From: Candidatus Latescibacterota bacterium | GTDB taxonomy: Bacteria > Latescibacterota > UBA2968 > GCA-2709665 | DNA length: 64,000 bases | Direction: 5' to 3' | Assembly (NCBI GenBank): GCA_965203805.1 | Contig: OZ241917.1 | Span: 3,424,001 to 3,488,000, forward strand | In this document: piece after piece, positions 48,322 to 57,865 of the stretch | Layout: each line of letters starts with the position of its first letter | How positions within the stretch are numbered: position 1 is the stretch's first letter | The notes under the pieces: model-generated | What the model saw: only the letters and a program-made list of their open reading frames with translations | Database searches by the model: none | What the model was told of the DNA's origin: nothing | Position numbers and translations under genes: made by a program

Positions 48322-48909
48322 TTAATGGTGCCTCTTTTCCTTCCCGTCGTCATCGTCCGCTCCGTCGGCATGCTCTTTCTTTCCCTCACCGTCCACGTCC
48401 TTTTTCCCATTGTGTTCTTTCGTTCCCTCGCCGTGTTCGTGCCCTTTCCCGCTCGGTCCTCCGATGCGCAGAATATGCCCGTCTTTGTCGGCGACAAGCA
48501 TCTCCCGCGCCCCCCAGGGCCGGTCGACGGGCTTTTGCCTGATTTCCGCCCCCGCCCGTGCGTATTTCTCGTGCAGTTCGTCCACATCGTTGACGCTGTA
48601 ATAGATCCACACCGGCCGGGCGCCCTGCCCGTTTTCGCTCAGAAAGACGTTGACTTCGCCGTTGGAAATCGAGGCAAAGGTCTTGTCTTCTTTTTCGTCA
48701 GGCCAGTCCCAGTCCTTTCTGAATCCGAGAACCGCGGTATAGTGCGCGATGCTTGCTTCAACGCTTTGAACGTTCAGAATCGGCGTGACCGCGGTGAATG
48801 CCGTGGATTCGGGACCGGAACCCCTGTCGCGATTCTCGTGCGCAGATGCGACGAGACTCAAGCCGATGGCGAATCCTGCAACGACTGCTGCGATTCCGGG
48901 ACGCGTCAT
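48322..48909 (-). CDS. Exported VOC/glyoxalase-family protein with His/acidic tail
   Basis: AGGAGG RBS, signal peptide, HYTAVLGF, DRPWGAREMLVADKDGH. Confidence 0.88.
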   Translation of the reverse strand: MTRPGIAAVVAGFAIGLSLVASAHENRDRGSGPESTAFTAVTPILNVQSVEASIAHYTAVLGFRKDWDWPDEKEDKTFASISNGEVNVFLSENGQGARPVWIYYSVNDVDELHEKYARAGAEIRQKPVDRPWGAREMLVADKDGHILRIGGPSGKGHEHGEGTKEHNGKKDVDGEGKKEHADGADDDDGKEKRHH

Positions 48910-49134
48910 GGTATTCCTCCTGGGGTGAGCTGATTCAAGTTGCGTTGCAAGATGCGTCTGTGGCGCAATCTGCGACGCATCCGCTGAGTCCTGTGCGAGG
49001 ATGTCCCTTAACTTATTTGTTAACAGATAGTTGAAGTCGGCCCGGGCGTCAGGACGGTTTCGGTGGGATACCTGGTGGGTTGCAATCTGCGACGTCTGCC
49101 CCTGTGCCAGCTTACCCTATCATAATTTAATCTA

Positions 49135-50004
49135 TTGTTTTTTAACAGGTTGTATATAGACGCCGACATCGGCACGGATTTTGTATTTATTCGAGGACAC
49201 GCTTCCGCAGGGGAACCGTGCGGGTCAACCCTCATGGAAACCCGTGCGTACATTGCACACTTCCAATTGGCAGACGACGTCGTCCATGGGAGGGAAACCA
49301 TGCCGTCTTCCGAAAACGGACTCGCACGCCAGATCGCGAGGTTGTTCAAGGAGTTGGTGGAACGGGAACTGATAAGCGTCGAACGGACTATTGAGGGGCG
49401 AAAACGGAATCTGCGCCGAAAGATCGAAGCGCGGGAATCGGAATTGAAAGACGACGGTGGACTGGAGACCCGGTTCGATCAATACAAAGCCGGCCTGTCG
49501 GAAACGGAGCGGCCGGAGAGTCGGGTGCAGGAACGTCGCCTCTATTACAACTGGGAAGGCCGGCTCAGGTCGGAACTGGGCAGGTGGAGAATAGAGCTGG
49601 CGGAACTGAAAAGCCGTTCCAGCGATTCGCAGGCGACTCTGACGAACGCGCGGAGAAAGGTCATGCGCCTGCTGCTGCGTGAGACGCTGGCGGTAGCCGG
49701 TCCGGAAGACAATCATGAACCGGAATCGGGTGCGGACGTGTATGACAGCCTCAAGGACTGTCTCATCCCGGTTATCCGGCACATGAAGAAAGGCAAAAGC
49801 CATTCCGAGGCTTTCCGGATGGTTGCCGAAGAACTGGGGATCCAGGAAACGACGGTTGCCGCTCGATGTACCGGCTACCTGGACCTGACAACGGAACAAT
49901 TCGTTGAACACGTTGCCAACGGCGGGATCGTTCAGGTCGCAAAGAAGAAACACCCGGATCAGACAGAACTGATCTGCCGCGAACTGGCGCCGCTATACCG
50001 GTAA
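49135..50004 (+). CDS. Hypothetical coiled-coil protein with possible C-terminal HTH (start probably 49300)
   Basis: GGGAGG before ATG 49300; EAFRMVAEELGIQETTVAARC. Confidence 0.6.
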   Translation: MFFNRLYIDADIGTDFVFIRGHASAGEPCGSTLMETRAYIAHFQLADDVVHGRETMPSSENGLARQIARLFKELVERELISVERTIEGRKRNLRRKIEARESELKDDGGLETRFDQYKAGLSETERPESRVQERRLYYNWEGRLRSELGRWRIELAELKSRSSDSQATLTNARRKVMRLLLRETLAVAGPEDNHEPESGADVYDSLKDCLIPVIRHMKKGKSHSEAFRMVAEELGIQETTVAARCTGYLDLTTEQFVEHVANGGIVQVAKKKHPDQTELICRELAPLYR

Positions 50005-50107
50005 TGCTCACATCCCCCTGCAGGATCCAATTTGCGAGCGGATCCCCGCGAGTCCGCGCGCATTCTCCACTTTCCGTCGGAAAACCGGGCGCCGGGAGGC
50101 GTGGGGG

Positions 50108-51628
50108 CTAACTCTCCAAGGCCTCCAATCCGAACCGTTCCGAGGTCTCGAGCGTCTCCCTCACGTCGTCCCACGTGGTATTGTGGTTGAGGATGCACAT
50201 CCTCAGCGAAAACGTCCCGTGAAGAAGCGTCGACGAATAAAACGCCCGATCTTCCCAGAACACGCGCGCAAGCACCTTCCTGTTGATATCTTCCAGCGCC
50301 TCTTCATCCAGTTCCTCGTTGGATGGATTCACGCGAAAACAAACCACGCCCAGCGACACGGGCGTCAGAAGTTCCAGGTTCGGACGCTCCTCCACGTACG
50401 CGCCGGCGCGGTCGGCAAGCTCCATCCCTCTGGAAACGGCGCGACGAAACGCCGCCATCCCGAATGTCTGCACCGACATCCAGATCTTCAGCGCGCGCAT
50501 CGACCGGCTCAATTGCAGGCCCCGGTCCGCGATGTTGGGATGGTTTGCGCCCCATACCGTATCCTGCAGGATATCGGGATGCACACCGAAGGCGCGCTCG
50601 AGAGTGCCCGCGTCCTTGACGAGGAGGCCGCCAGCCTCGTACGGCTGGAAGAACCACTTGTGGGCATCCAGACCGATCGAATCGGCCCGCGCGATGCCGC
50701 GCAGCAGCTTCCTGCCGCGCTCCGTCACCGCCGCGAAGCCGCCGTAGGCCGCATCCACGTGAAGCCAGATCCCTTCCGCCTCGCAGAAATCCGCCATCGC
50801 CTCCAATGGGTCGATCGCCCCTGTGCTGCTGGTTCCCGCGTTGGCGCAAACCGCGACGGGATTGAACCCCCCTGCGATGTCTTCCGCGACGGACCGCGCC
50901 AGCGCGCTCATGTCCAGCCGGTACCGCTCATCGCTGGAGATCATTCGAATACATTCCCCGCGGACGCCCACGATCCCGGCCGCCCGGACCTGCGCGCTGT
51001 GGCTCTGGTCGCTCATGTACACGGTCGCGCGCTCGGGATGTCCTGCGGCCTCCCGCGCCGCAACGAACGCGTTTATACTGGCGGCTGAACCCCCGCTCGT
51101 GAGCAGGCCTCCCGCGCACTCAGGATAGCCGATCCAGCGTCGCAGCCAGTCAACGACAACCAGTTCAAGCTGGCTGGGACCGCTGGCAACCAGCCAGGTG
51201 CACACGTTGAGATTGTATCCCGCCGCCAGAAAGTCGGCGAGCACGCCAGGCCACGTGGGCGACGAGGGAATGAATCCGAAGGATCTCGGATGGTCGAGCC
51301 GAGTCGCGAATGACAGGATCTCCTTTGCGGCCTGTTCCATAACCGCGGCGGCGGGACGTCCCTCTTCGGGAGGCGCCTTCATCAACCGGTCTCCGAGTTC
51401 GCGCCGAAACTCGCCTTCCCATGCGTCTTCTTCGGGCAGGTCTTCGGTCCGTGCAACCAGGAGTTCGGCAGCTTTACGCGCCAGTTCGAGCATCGCCTCG
51501 GACGACATCTGAAGATCGCCGCGCACGCCGTTGTTTTTTTTCTTGTCGGATCCTATGTCGCCGTCTCGCTGTTCTTTATCTGCTTTCGGGAATTTCGCCG
51601 TTTGAGCCGTCTTCTCGCATCCTGGCAT
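50108..51628 (-). CDS. Group II PLP decarboxylase (aromatic-L-amino-acid decarboxylase-like); start uncertain
   Basis: SGGSAA, AGTSSTGAIDPL, LHVDAAYGG, DAHKW. Confidence 0.92.
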   Translation of the reverse strand: MPGCEKTAQTAKFPKADKEQRDGDIGSDKKKNNGVRGDLQMSSEAMLELARKAAELLVARTEDLPEEDAWEGEFRRELGDRLMKAPPEEGRPAAAVMEQAAKEILSFATRLDHPRSFGFIPSSPTWPGVLADFLAAGYNLNVCTWLVASGPSQLELVVVDWLRRWIGYPECAGGLLTSGGSAASINAFVAAREAAGHPERATVYMSDQSHSAQVRAAGIVGVRGECIRMISSDERYRLDMSALARSVAEDIAGGFNPVAVCANAGTSSTGAIDPLEAMADFCEAEGIWLHVDAAYGGFAAVTERGRKLLRGIARADSIGLDAHKWFFQPYEAGGLLVKDAGTLERAFGVHPDILQDTVWGANHPNIADRGLQLSRSMRALKIWMSVQTFGMAAFRRAVSRGMELADRAGAYVEERPNLELLTPVSLGVVCFRVNPSNEELDEEALEDINRKVLARVFWEDRAFYSSTLLHGTFSLRMCILNHNTTWDDVRETLETSERFGLEALES

Positions 51629-51782
51629 GATCTGCGACCGGCGTACGACATGCTTTCAATGATCGTTGAACGTCCCGCCTGAATAGATCATGACAGGAAG
51701 CCAAGACCCGGAAAGTTCATTTAATTGCACGAAATGAGTTGACATCTCGCAATGAATCCGGCATATATATCGCACGGGAGAC

Positions 51783-51977
51783 GTGGTCGTGCAAACCAAT
51801 TCGATACAGATCCGGCGCCGGCTGGAAAGGGACGGATGGCGCCTTGCACGCCATGGCTCCGGTCACGACATCTATCGACATCCAGTCATCAGAGGTATCA
51901 TCACCCTCCCCGGACACAGAACAGTTTCTCCGGGCGTTGCCCGGTCCATCGCGAGAAAAGCAGGCTGGCTGGAATGA
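51783..51977 (+). CDS. hicA: HicA-family toxin
   Basis: LERDGW...GHDIYRHP...LPGH...SIARKAGW. Confidence 0.9.
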   Translation: MVVQTNSIQIRRRLERDGWRLARHGSGHDIYRHPVIRGIITLPGHRTVSPGVARSIARKAGWLE

Positions 51978-52001
51978 ACGCATGCCACGGAGGACCCGTA
52001 C

Positions 52002-52388
52002 ATGGTTCGATATGCCGCGCTGATCGATGGCGAAATCGGCGCTTACGGTGTGACGTTTCCCGACCTTCCCGGCATCGTCGCAATGGGAAAAACCGTGGAC
52101 GAGGCGCTCATGAACGCCGAGGAAGCGCTTCGCGATTATGTGATCGAGGCCGAGAAGGACGGTGAGACGATACCACCGCCAGGCGCTCTGGAACGGGTGG
52201 AGGTCCCGAACGGACAGGCGCTTGTGTCCGTCCCCATGATTCGAATCTCCGGCCGGAACGTACGCGCCCACATGACGCTGGATGAAGGCGTCGCGGCTTT
52301 TATCGACAGCGAAGCGCGGAGGCGACGCATGACCCGAAAAGCCTATGTCGAATGGATGGTCCGACGAATCGCGGAGATGGGCGGATAG
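52002..52388 (+). CDS. hicB: HicB-family antitoxin
   Basis: YGVTFPDLPG...GKTVDEALMNAEEAL; C-terminal RHH. Confidence 0.92.
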   Translation: MVRYAALIDGEIGAYGVTFPDLPGIVAMGKTVDEALMNAEEALRDYVIEAEKDGETIPPPGALERVEVPNGQALVSVPMIRISGRNVRAHMTLDEGVAAFIDSEARRRRMTRKAYVEWMVRRIAEMGG

Positions 52389-52421
52389 GCGCCGCAAACG
52401 CACGCCCGGATACGCGGACAC

Positions 52422-53951
52422 TTATTCGAAAACGACCAGTTCGCCGTTCCTTACAACCAGCACGACCGAATCGTAAACCGCGTCGCCACTGTCGTCGAAG
52501 GAGAACGAGCCCAGAACCGTATCCAGGTCCCTCGTACCCGCCATCGCGTCTCGAATCGCGCCCGCATCGGTTGACCAGGCCCCGGCGATTGCCTCCGTGA
52601 GAATGTACATGGCGGCGTACGACTGCGCGGCCCACGTGTCAGGTTCAGTACCGTATTTCGCTACGTAATTCTCCACAAAAGCGTCATTTCCCGGCGTGGA
52701 TGCCGCGCCGGACCAGCTGACAAATGAAATCGCGCCCTCCGCAGCGTCACCCGCGGCATCGACTTCAGCCCTCGACAGAGCGGGAACAATAAAGGGTACG
52801 TTCGAAGCGATGCCGACCTCGCGCGCCTGAATCAATATCTCCGATAGTTCGGTACCCAGGGCCGAGACAAAGACGGCATGCGGATTCAACGCCTTGATGC
52901 GCGTTAACTGTTCCGTAAAGGTGGTATCGCCAGTGCCGATGGTTTCTCGTGCCAGGATTTCGACGTCGATTTCGGCCAGTGTGTTTCCGATCGCCTCGTC
53001 GCTGCTGCGGGAGAAGACGTCATTCTCGTCCACGATCAGGGCGACTCTGCGATACCTCAGCTTTTCCTGTGTCTCCCTGACGGAGCCGGGGACCAGCGCA
53101 TTGACGCTCAATCCGGCGCGGAAGATATAGTCACCTATCGCGCTCAGGCCGGCCGCAGTCGACGTGGAACTGAACGCAATGACCTCGTTCCGCTGGGCGA
53201 TCGGAAAGGCTTCGCTGGCGGCGGTGGAAATCACAGGACCGAGTATAGCAGACACACCGTCCTTGTCGATCAGTCTGTTGAACGCTTCCACAGCTCCGTC
53301 CGCGGTACCTCGTGAATCCTCGACAATGAAGCTGATGCGCGCGCCGCCCAGTTTCGTTGAACCGTTGATTTCGTTCTGCGCCAGCACAAACCCGTCTCGC
53401 GCGGGAAATCCGTATCGCGTCTGCGGGCCCGTCAGAGGAAGAACGACACCGATCGCAATCTCTGCCGGAAGCCCGCCGGGCGCCAGCATGATCGAACCCG
53501 CCACGCGGGCTCTGTCGCCGACCGGCAGTTCAACCGTCGTTTCGTAACCGCCGTTAACGGGAATACTTGACCAGGTTCCCAGCACACGACCGCCACGTAT
53601 CGCGCGCGCGCGGTAATAACCGGTCACCCGGTCATCTCCGATATTGATCCTCGCCAGGCCGCGGGCGTTGGTTGTGCCCGACCACATGTACTCTGCGGCC
53701 CTCCCCGATACGGATCGTCCGAGTTCCACGGTGACGCCGCTTACGGGCGCCTGACCCTGCGTTGCGCGGGCCACCACAACCGCCAACGCCCGGTCCCCGC
53801 CTGAAGCCAGTTTGCCCAGCGGCCGCACCGCCTGCCCGTCGGCCTCCGGCAATTGAGACGTCGTCATACGATCGCCGGCGCAGCCCCATGCCGCACATAC
53901 GGCTAGAAGCGGCATTAACACAGCGCGGATGGAGAAAGTCAGGTTACGCAT
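52422..53951 (-). CDS. LivJ-type solute-binding lipoprotein (type A) with extra N-terminal module
   Basis: Lipobox WGC; IGVVLPLTG, YIFR, FSFDDSGD. Confidence 0.9.
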   Translation of the reverse strand: MRNLTFSIRAVLMPLLAVCAAWGCAGDRMTTSQLPEADGQAVRPLGKLASGGDRALAVVVARATQGQAPVSGVTVELGRSVSGRAAEYMWSGTTNARGLARINIGDDRVTGYYRARAIRGGRVLGTWSSIPVNGGYETTVELPVGDRARVAGSIMLAPGGLPAEIAIGVVLPLTGPQTRYGFPARDGFVLAQNEINGSTKLGGARISFIVEDSRGTADGAVEAFNRLIDKDGVSAILGPVISTAASEAFPIAQRNEVIAFSSTSTAAGLSAIGDYIFRAGLSVNALVPGSVRETQEKLRYRRVALIVDENDVFSRSSDEAIGNTLAEIDVEILARETIGTGDTTFTEQLTRIKALNPHAVFVSALGTELSEILIQAREVGIASNVPFIVPALSRAEVDAAGDAAEGAISFVSWSGAASTPGNDAFVENYVAKYGTEPDTWAAQSYAAMYILTEAIAGAWSTDAGAIRDAMAGTRDLDTVLGSFSFDDSGDAVYDSVVLVVRNGELVVFE

Positions 53952-53973
53952 TGAATCTCCTCGTTTCCTGGAG

Positions 53974-55599
53974 TTACGGTACAAACCGATAGACCACCGG
54001 CAATTGCGAAGGGTCGGTGACGTTCGGATCCGTGTGGTGATAGATATTGATGCGCCCGGTTCCGCAATCTCCAAACTCATCGCTGGAGATCGTGCCGATC
54101 AGACCCTCGAATCCGGACGTGGCGAAGAGCTCCCGGCGCAGCGCGTTGCGGTCCACGATCAGCTTTCCGTCCCTTGCAAGCGCCACGGACTCAATGGCGC
54201 TGAGCAGCAGCGTCGTGGCGTCGTAGGAGTGCGCCCAGTACGGCGTGCCCGGAAACCCGCCGTGCGCGGCTTCATAGGCGGTCAGGACGTCCTCAACGCT
54301 TCTTCCGGTTACCCCATTGACATTTGTGCCCAGGTCTGCCTCCGGCCCGGCAGCGTAAACGCCCTCGGACTGCGGGGTGGCCAGAAATTCCGAATCGAGA
54401 AGGGCCGCGCCCGTGATAAGCGTCACGCCTTCCAGGCCGTCGAATTCCTTCGCCTGCCTCGCAAATGGTATTCCTTCCTCGTCGAATAGCGGGAAGAAGA
54501 TTCCGTCCGGCCCTGTCTCGGCAAACTGCGCGAGGACGGAGGTCATGTCCTCTTGCCCCTTGTCTATCCGGGCGCTGACCGGTACCTCGCCTCCCACGGC
54601 GGCGAACGCATCGCCGAACGCACTGACGAGGGCCGTCGTGTACGGGTCGCCGTCGTCCAGCGCTACCATGCGCCTCAGACCCAGTTCATTGTACGCGAAG
54701 TCAGCCACAGCCCGTGCCTGGTAGAGGTCGTTAACCGCAACGCGAAAGTATCCGGGGTGGTAGTCGGAACTTGCGTTGCCCGCCAGATCGGACGTCAGCC
54801 TCGGCGACGTATTGGACGGCGAGATCATCACGAGCCCGGCTTCGCTGATCACCGGCGAGGCGGCCACGGCCGCCCCGGAGCAGGAGGTCCCGATAACCCC
54901 CAGCACCCGCGAATCCGCGACAATCTGTTCCGCCCCCGCGCGTCCGCCGTCGGGACCGCACATGCCGTCGATTGCCTCACCGAGTTCGACGCCGTGACCA
55001 TGGATCATTCCAAAATCGGCAACGGCCAGTTCAACGGCATTTCGCGACGGATTGCCAAGCGACGCGGCGATGGTATGCGTGAGCAACGAACGAATGTGCA
55101 CGGCCTCGCCTCCGTCAATCGTCACCGGGGTCCGAACGTATGTACCCGTTACGCGAGCGTTTCCGCCAACGGGCAGATCGACCATGACTTCGTACCCCAT
55201 GTTAACGGGTATGCTCGACCACGAACCGAGCAGGCTCCCGGCATCCATGGCGCGTACCTGATAGTAACCGCCGCCCGACCCGACTTCGATCCGCGCCAGG
55301 CCGTTCGCGTCGGTGGCGCCCGACGACTGGAAACTGGCCGCCCGTCCTGAAATCGATCGCGCGATTTCCACCGTAACGCCGCCTAACGGCATTTGACCAT
55401 CCAGCACCCGGCCCACGACCAGGGCCGGAGTCACGTCCCCGCCGGAAGCCAGTTTGCCCAGCGGCTGACCGCCCGGTTCGCCGGACTCAGGCGCCTGCGA
55501 CGTCGTCACGCGTTCCCCGCCGCAGCCCCAGGTTACTGCTGCGACGAGTGTCAGCGCCAATAGACTGCGAGCCCAGTTAAACATGCCAAGTCCCTCCAT
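53974..55599 (-). CDS. LivJ-type solute-binding lipoprotein (type B) with extra N-terminal module
   Basis: Lipobox WGC; GTSCSG, SPSNTSP, DDGDPYT, HSYDA. Confidence 0.9.
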   Translation of the reverse strand: MEGLGMFNWARSLLALTLVAAVTWGCGGERVTTSQAPESGEPGGQPLGKLASGGDVTPALVVGRVLDGQMPLGGVTVEIARSISGRAASFQSSGATDANGLARIEVGSGGGYYQVRAMDAGSLLGSWSSIPVNMGYEVMVDLPVGGNARVTGTYVRTPVTIDGGEAVHIRSLLTHTIAASLGNPSRNAVELAVADFGMIHGHGVELGEAIDGMCGPDGGRAGAEQIVADSRVLGVIGTSCSGAAVAASPVISEAGLVMISPSNTSPRLTSDLAGNASSDYHPGYFRVAVNDLYQARAVADFAYNELGLRRMVALDDGDPYTTALVSAFGDAFAAVGGEVPVSARIDKGQEDMTSVLAQFAETGPDGIFFPLFDEEGIPFARQAKEFDGLEGVTLITGAALLDSEFLATPQSEGVYAAGPEADLGTNVNGVTGRSVEDVLTAYEAAHGGFPGTPYWAHSYDATTLLLSAIESVALARDGKLIVDRNALRRELFATSGFEGLIGTISSDEFGDCGTGRINIYHHTDPNVTDPSQLPVVYRFVP

Positions 55600-55652
55600 T
55601 CTGGCGATAATCCGCGAATTGGAAACGAAAAGGGTTCGGGCGTTTCGGAGAC

Positions 55653-55709
55653 CCTTCAGGTCGCGGGACGTGAACGGGAAAATGTCCTTCCGGACGACCT
55701 TTTAGGCCC
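55653..55709 (-). promoter_or_regulatory. Conserved non-coding element, copy 2
   Basis: Match to 12412-12469. Confidence 0.55.
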
Positions 55710-55981
55710 GGTGAGAAAATAACTGCAGGGTCACCGCGTTACCACACACGCCGCTTTGCATGGATACTTTTGGTGCCTTTTGTGCTTTTTGTGGCCAATT
55801 TTTCGGTTTTCTTTTTTCAAATTGAGGTTAAGCACTCTGGCACTCTATATTGCGGGACCCGAGAGAACGGCTCCGGTTATGCTGTTGTGTACAGACCCGA
55901 AAATGACAGGCAGCGATCACTGCCTGTCATTTTCGCGGAACATTTACCACGTTAAGTGCTTCGAAACCGCGAAACGCGGGC

Positions 55982-56095
55982 TCACTCGAGAATCTGGAAT
56001 TTACGGTCCCTCACAATCACTGTAATCGGATCGTTCACCGCGTCCCCGTCAGCATCGAAAGAGAACGCGCCCGGAGTGGTCTCCCGAGCGCCGCG
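55982..56095 (-). pseudogene. C-terminal remnant of a type A binding-protein gene
   Basis: Translates ...TTPGAFSFDADGDAVNDPITVIVRDRKFQILE*, compared with GRFSFNDDGDAVYDPIVLIVRDGAFELFE* of 57866-59383. Confidence 0.75.
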
Positions 56096-56102
56096 GAGCG
56101 CA

Positions 56103-57719
56103 TCACGGTCCGAACCGATAGACCACGGGCAACTCAGCCGGGTCGATGACGCTCGTGTCCGTGTGGTGATAGATGTTTACACGTCCGGTACCGCAGTCTC
56201 CGAACTCGTCGCATGTGAGTTCCCCGATGAGACCGGGGAAGCCGGCTGTGGCCCCGATTTCCGCGCGTAGCGCAACGCGGTCAATGTACAATTTCCCGCC
56301 ATCGGTCACCGCGACGGCGTTGATGGCGCTCAGCAGCAGCGCCGTCGCGTCGTAGGAGTGCGCCCAGAAGGGATTGGTGTGGATTCCGGGAAAAAAGGAC
56401 TCGATCTCTGCAAGAACCGCACTTCCGCTCTTGCCGGTGGCGATATTGACGTTTTCGCCGTGAACCGGCTCCGGCCCGGCAAAATAGACGCCCTCGGACT
56501 GCGGCGTGCCGAGGAACTCCGAAAGAAGGAGGGCCGCGTCCGTGAGTAGCGTCGCGTCTTTCAGACCGTCGACCTCCCGCATCTGCTCGGCGAATCGTGA
56601 GCCCTCTGCGATAAAGAGAGGAAAGAAGATGCCGTCGGGTTCGGCATCCGAAAATTCCGCAAGGACGGACGTCATGTCCGTCTGTTCTTTCTCGATCCGT
56701 GAATTGACCGGGACCTCGCCGCCCAATTCACGGAACGCATTGCCGAACGCAGTGGTGAGACCCATGGTATACGGGTCGCCGTCGTCGATGGATACCATCC
56801 GCCGAAGGCCCAGTTCGTTGTATGCGAAGTCGGCGACGGCCTGCCCCTGGTACAGGTCGTTGTTCGCCGTGCGAAAATAGCCCGGGTGATAGTCCGGACT
56901 GGCGTTGCCGAAGAGGTCGGAAGTGAGCGTCGGCGACGTGTTGGCCGGCGAGACTATCACCAGGCCCGCCGCACTCAGCAGAGGTGAAGCCGCCACCGCG
57001 GATCCGGAACACAACGTGCCGATGATGCCGAGCACCTGTGGATTGGCGATGACCTGCTGTGCGCTGGCGCGACCGCCTTCCGCCGAACACATGCCGTCTA
57101 TGGGATCGCCGAGCTCAACCTCGCGACCGTGGATCGGACCGAAATCCCGAATGGCCAACTCGGCGCTGTACCGCGCCCAATCCGAAACCGAAGGCACGAT
57201 GACGTGCGCAAGCACTGTACGGATCTGTACGGCCTCGCCCCGGCCAAACGTGACCACGTCCCGAACGCTTGAACCCGTCACGAGCGCCCCGGCGTCAACG
57301 GACAGTTCGACCTGCGTTTCATATCCGTCGTTAACCGGAATGCTCGACCACGAACCCAGAACGTTGTCGTCCTGCATCGCCCGCGCCTGGTAGTATCCCC
57401 CCACCCGGGCGCCGCCGATAACAACCCTTGCCCGGCCGCGGGCATCGGTTGTGCCCGACCACTCAAAGTTCGCGGACCGGCCCGATACCGAACGCGAGAA
57501 CGCCACGGTGACGCCTTCGACCGCCGTCTCGCCATCTTGCACGCGGGCCAGAACCGCGGCCTGCTCGACGTCTCCGCCGGGAGCCAGTTTTCCGAGCGCA
57601 TGCCCCGGCTGATCCTCTGCCTCAGGCATCTGTGACGTCGTCACGCGCTCACCACCGCAGCCCCACGCCAGAACTGCGACAAGCGCCGGCAAAAACAAAT
57701 TGCCGTTTCGTGAGAACAT
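56103..57719 (-). CDS. LivJ-type solute-binding lipoprotein (type B) with extra N-terminal module
   Basis: Lipobox WGC; paralog of 53974-55599. Confidence 0.9.
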   Translation of the reverse strand: MFSRNGNLFLPALVAVLAWGCGGERVTTSQMPEAEDQPGHALGKLAPGGDVEQAAVLARVQDGETAVEGVTVAFSRSVSGRSANFEWSGTTDARGRARVVIGGARVGGYYQARAMQDDNVLGSWSSIPVNDGYETQVELSVDAGALVTGSSVRDVVTFGRGEAVQIRTVLAHVIVPSVSDWARYSAELAIRDFGPIHGREVELGDPIDGMCSAEGGRASAQQVIANPQVLGIIGTLCSGSAVAASPLLSAAGLVIVSPANTSPTLTSDLFGNASPDYHPGYFRTANNDLYQGQAVADFAYNELGLRRMVSIDDGDPYTMGLTTAFGNAFRELGGEVPVNSRIEKEQTDMTSVLAEFSDAEPDGIFFPLFIAEGSRFAEQMREVDGLKDATLLTDAALLLSEFLGTPQSEGVYFAGPEPVHGENVNIATGKSGSAVLAEIESFFPGIHTNPFWAHSYDATALLLSAINAVAVTDGGKLYIDRVALRAEIGATAGFPGLIGELTCDEFGDCGTGRVNIYHHTDTSVIDPAELPVVYRFGP

Positions 57720-57818
57720 AACGAGTCACCTTCATTTTCGAAGACGTCGAAAAACGGAATACATACCCGAAAGCGGCGACTATGGACGCCGGAACCTGCC
57801 GGCGATTTTAACGTAAAA

Positions 57819-57850
57819 CAGCCTCCGGACACATTGGCATCCGGAGGCTG
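57819..57850. terminator. Hairpin terminator between binding-protein genes
   Basis: cagcctccgga-cacattggca-tccggaggctg with a T-run on the minus strand. Confidence 0.7.
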
Positions 57851-57865
57851 GAGACGTGTACTTGA

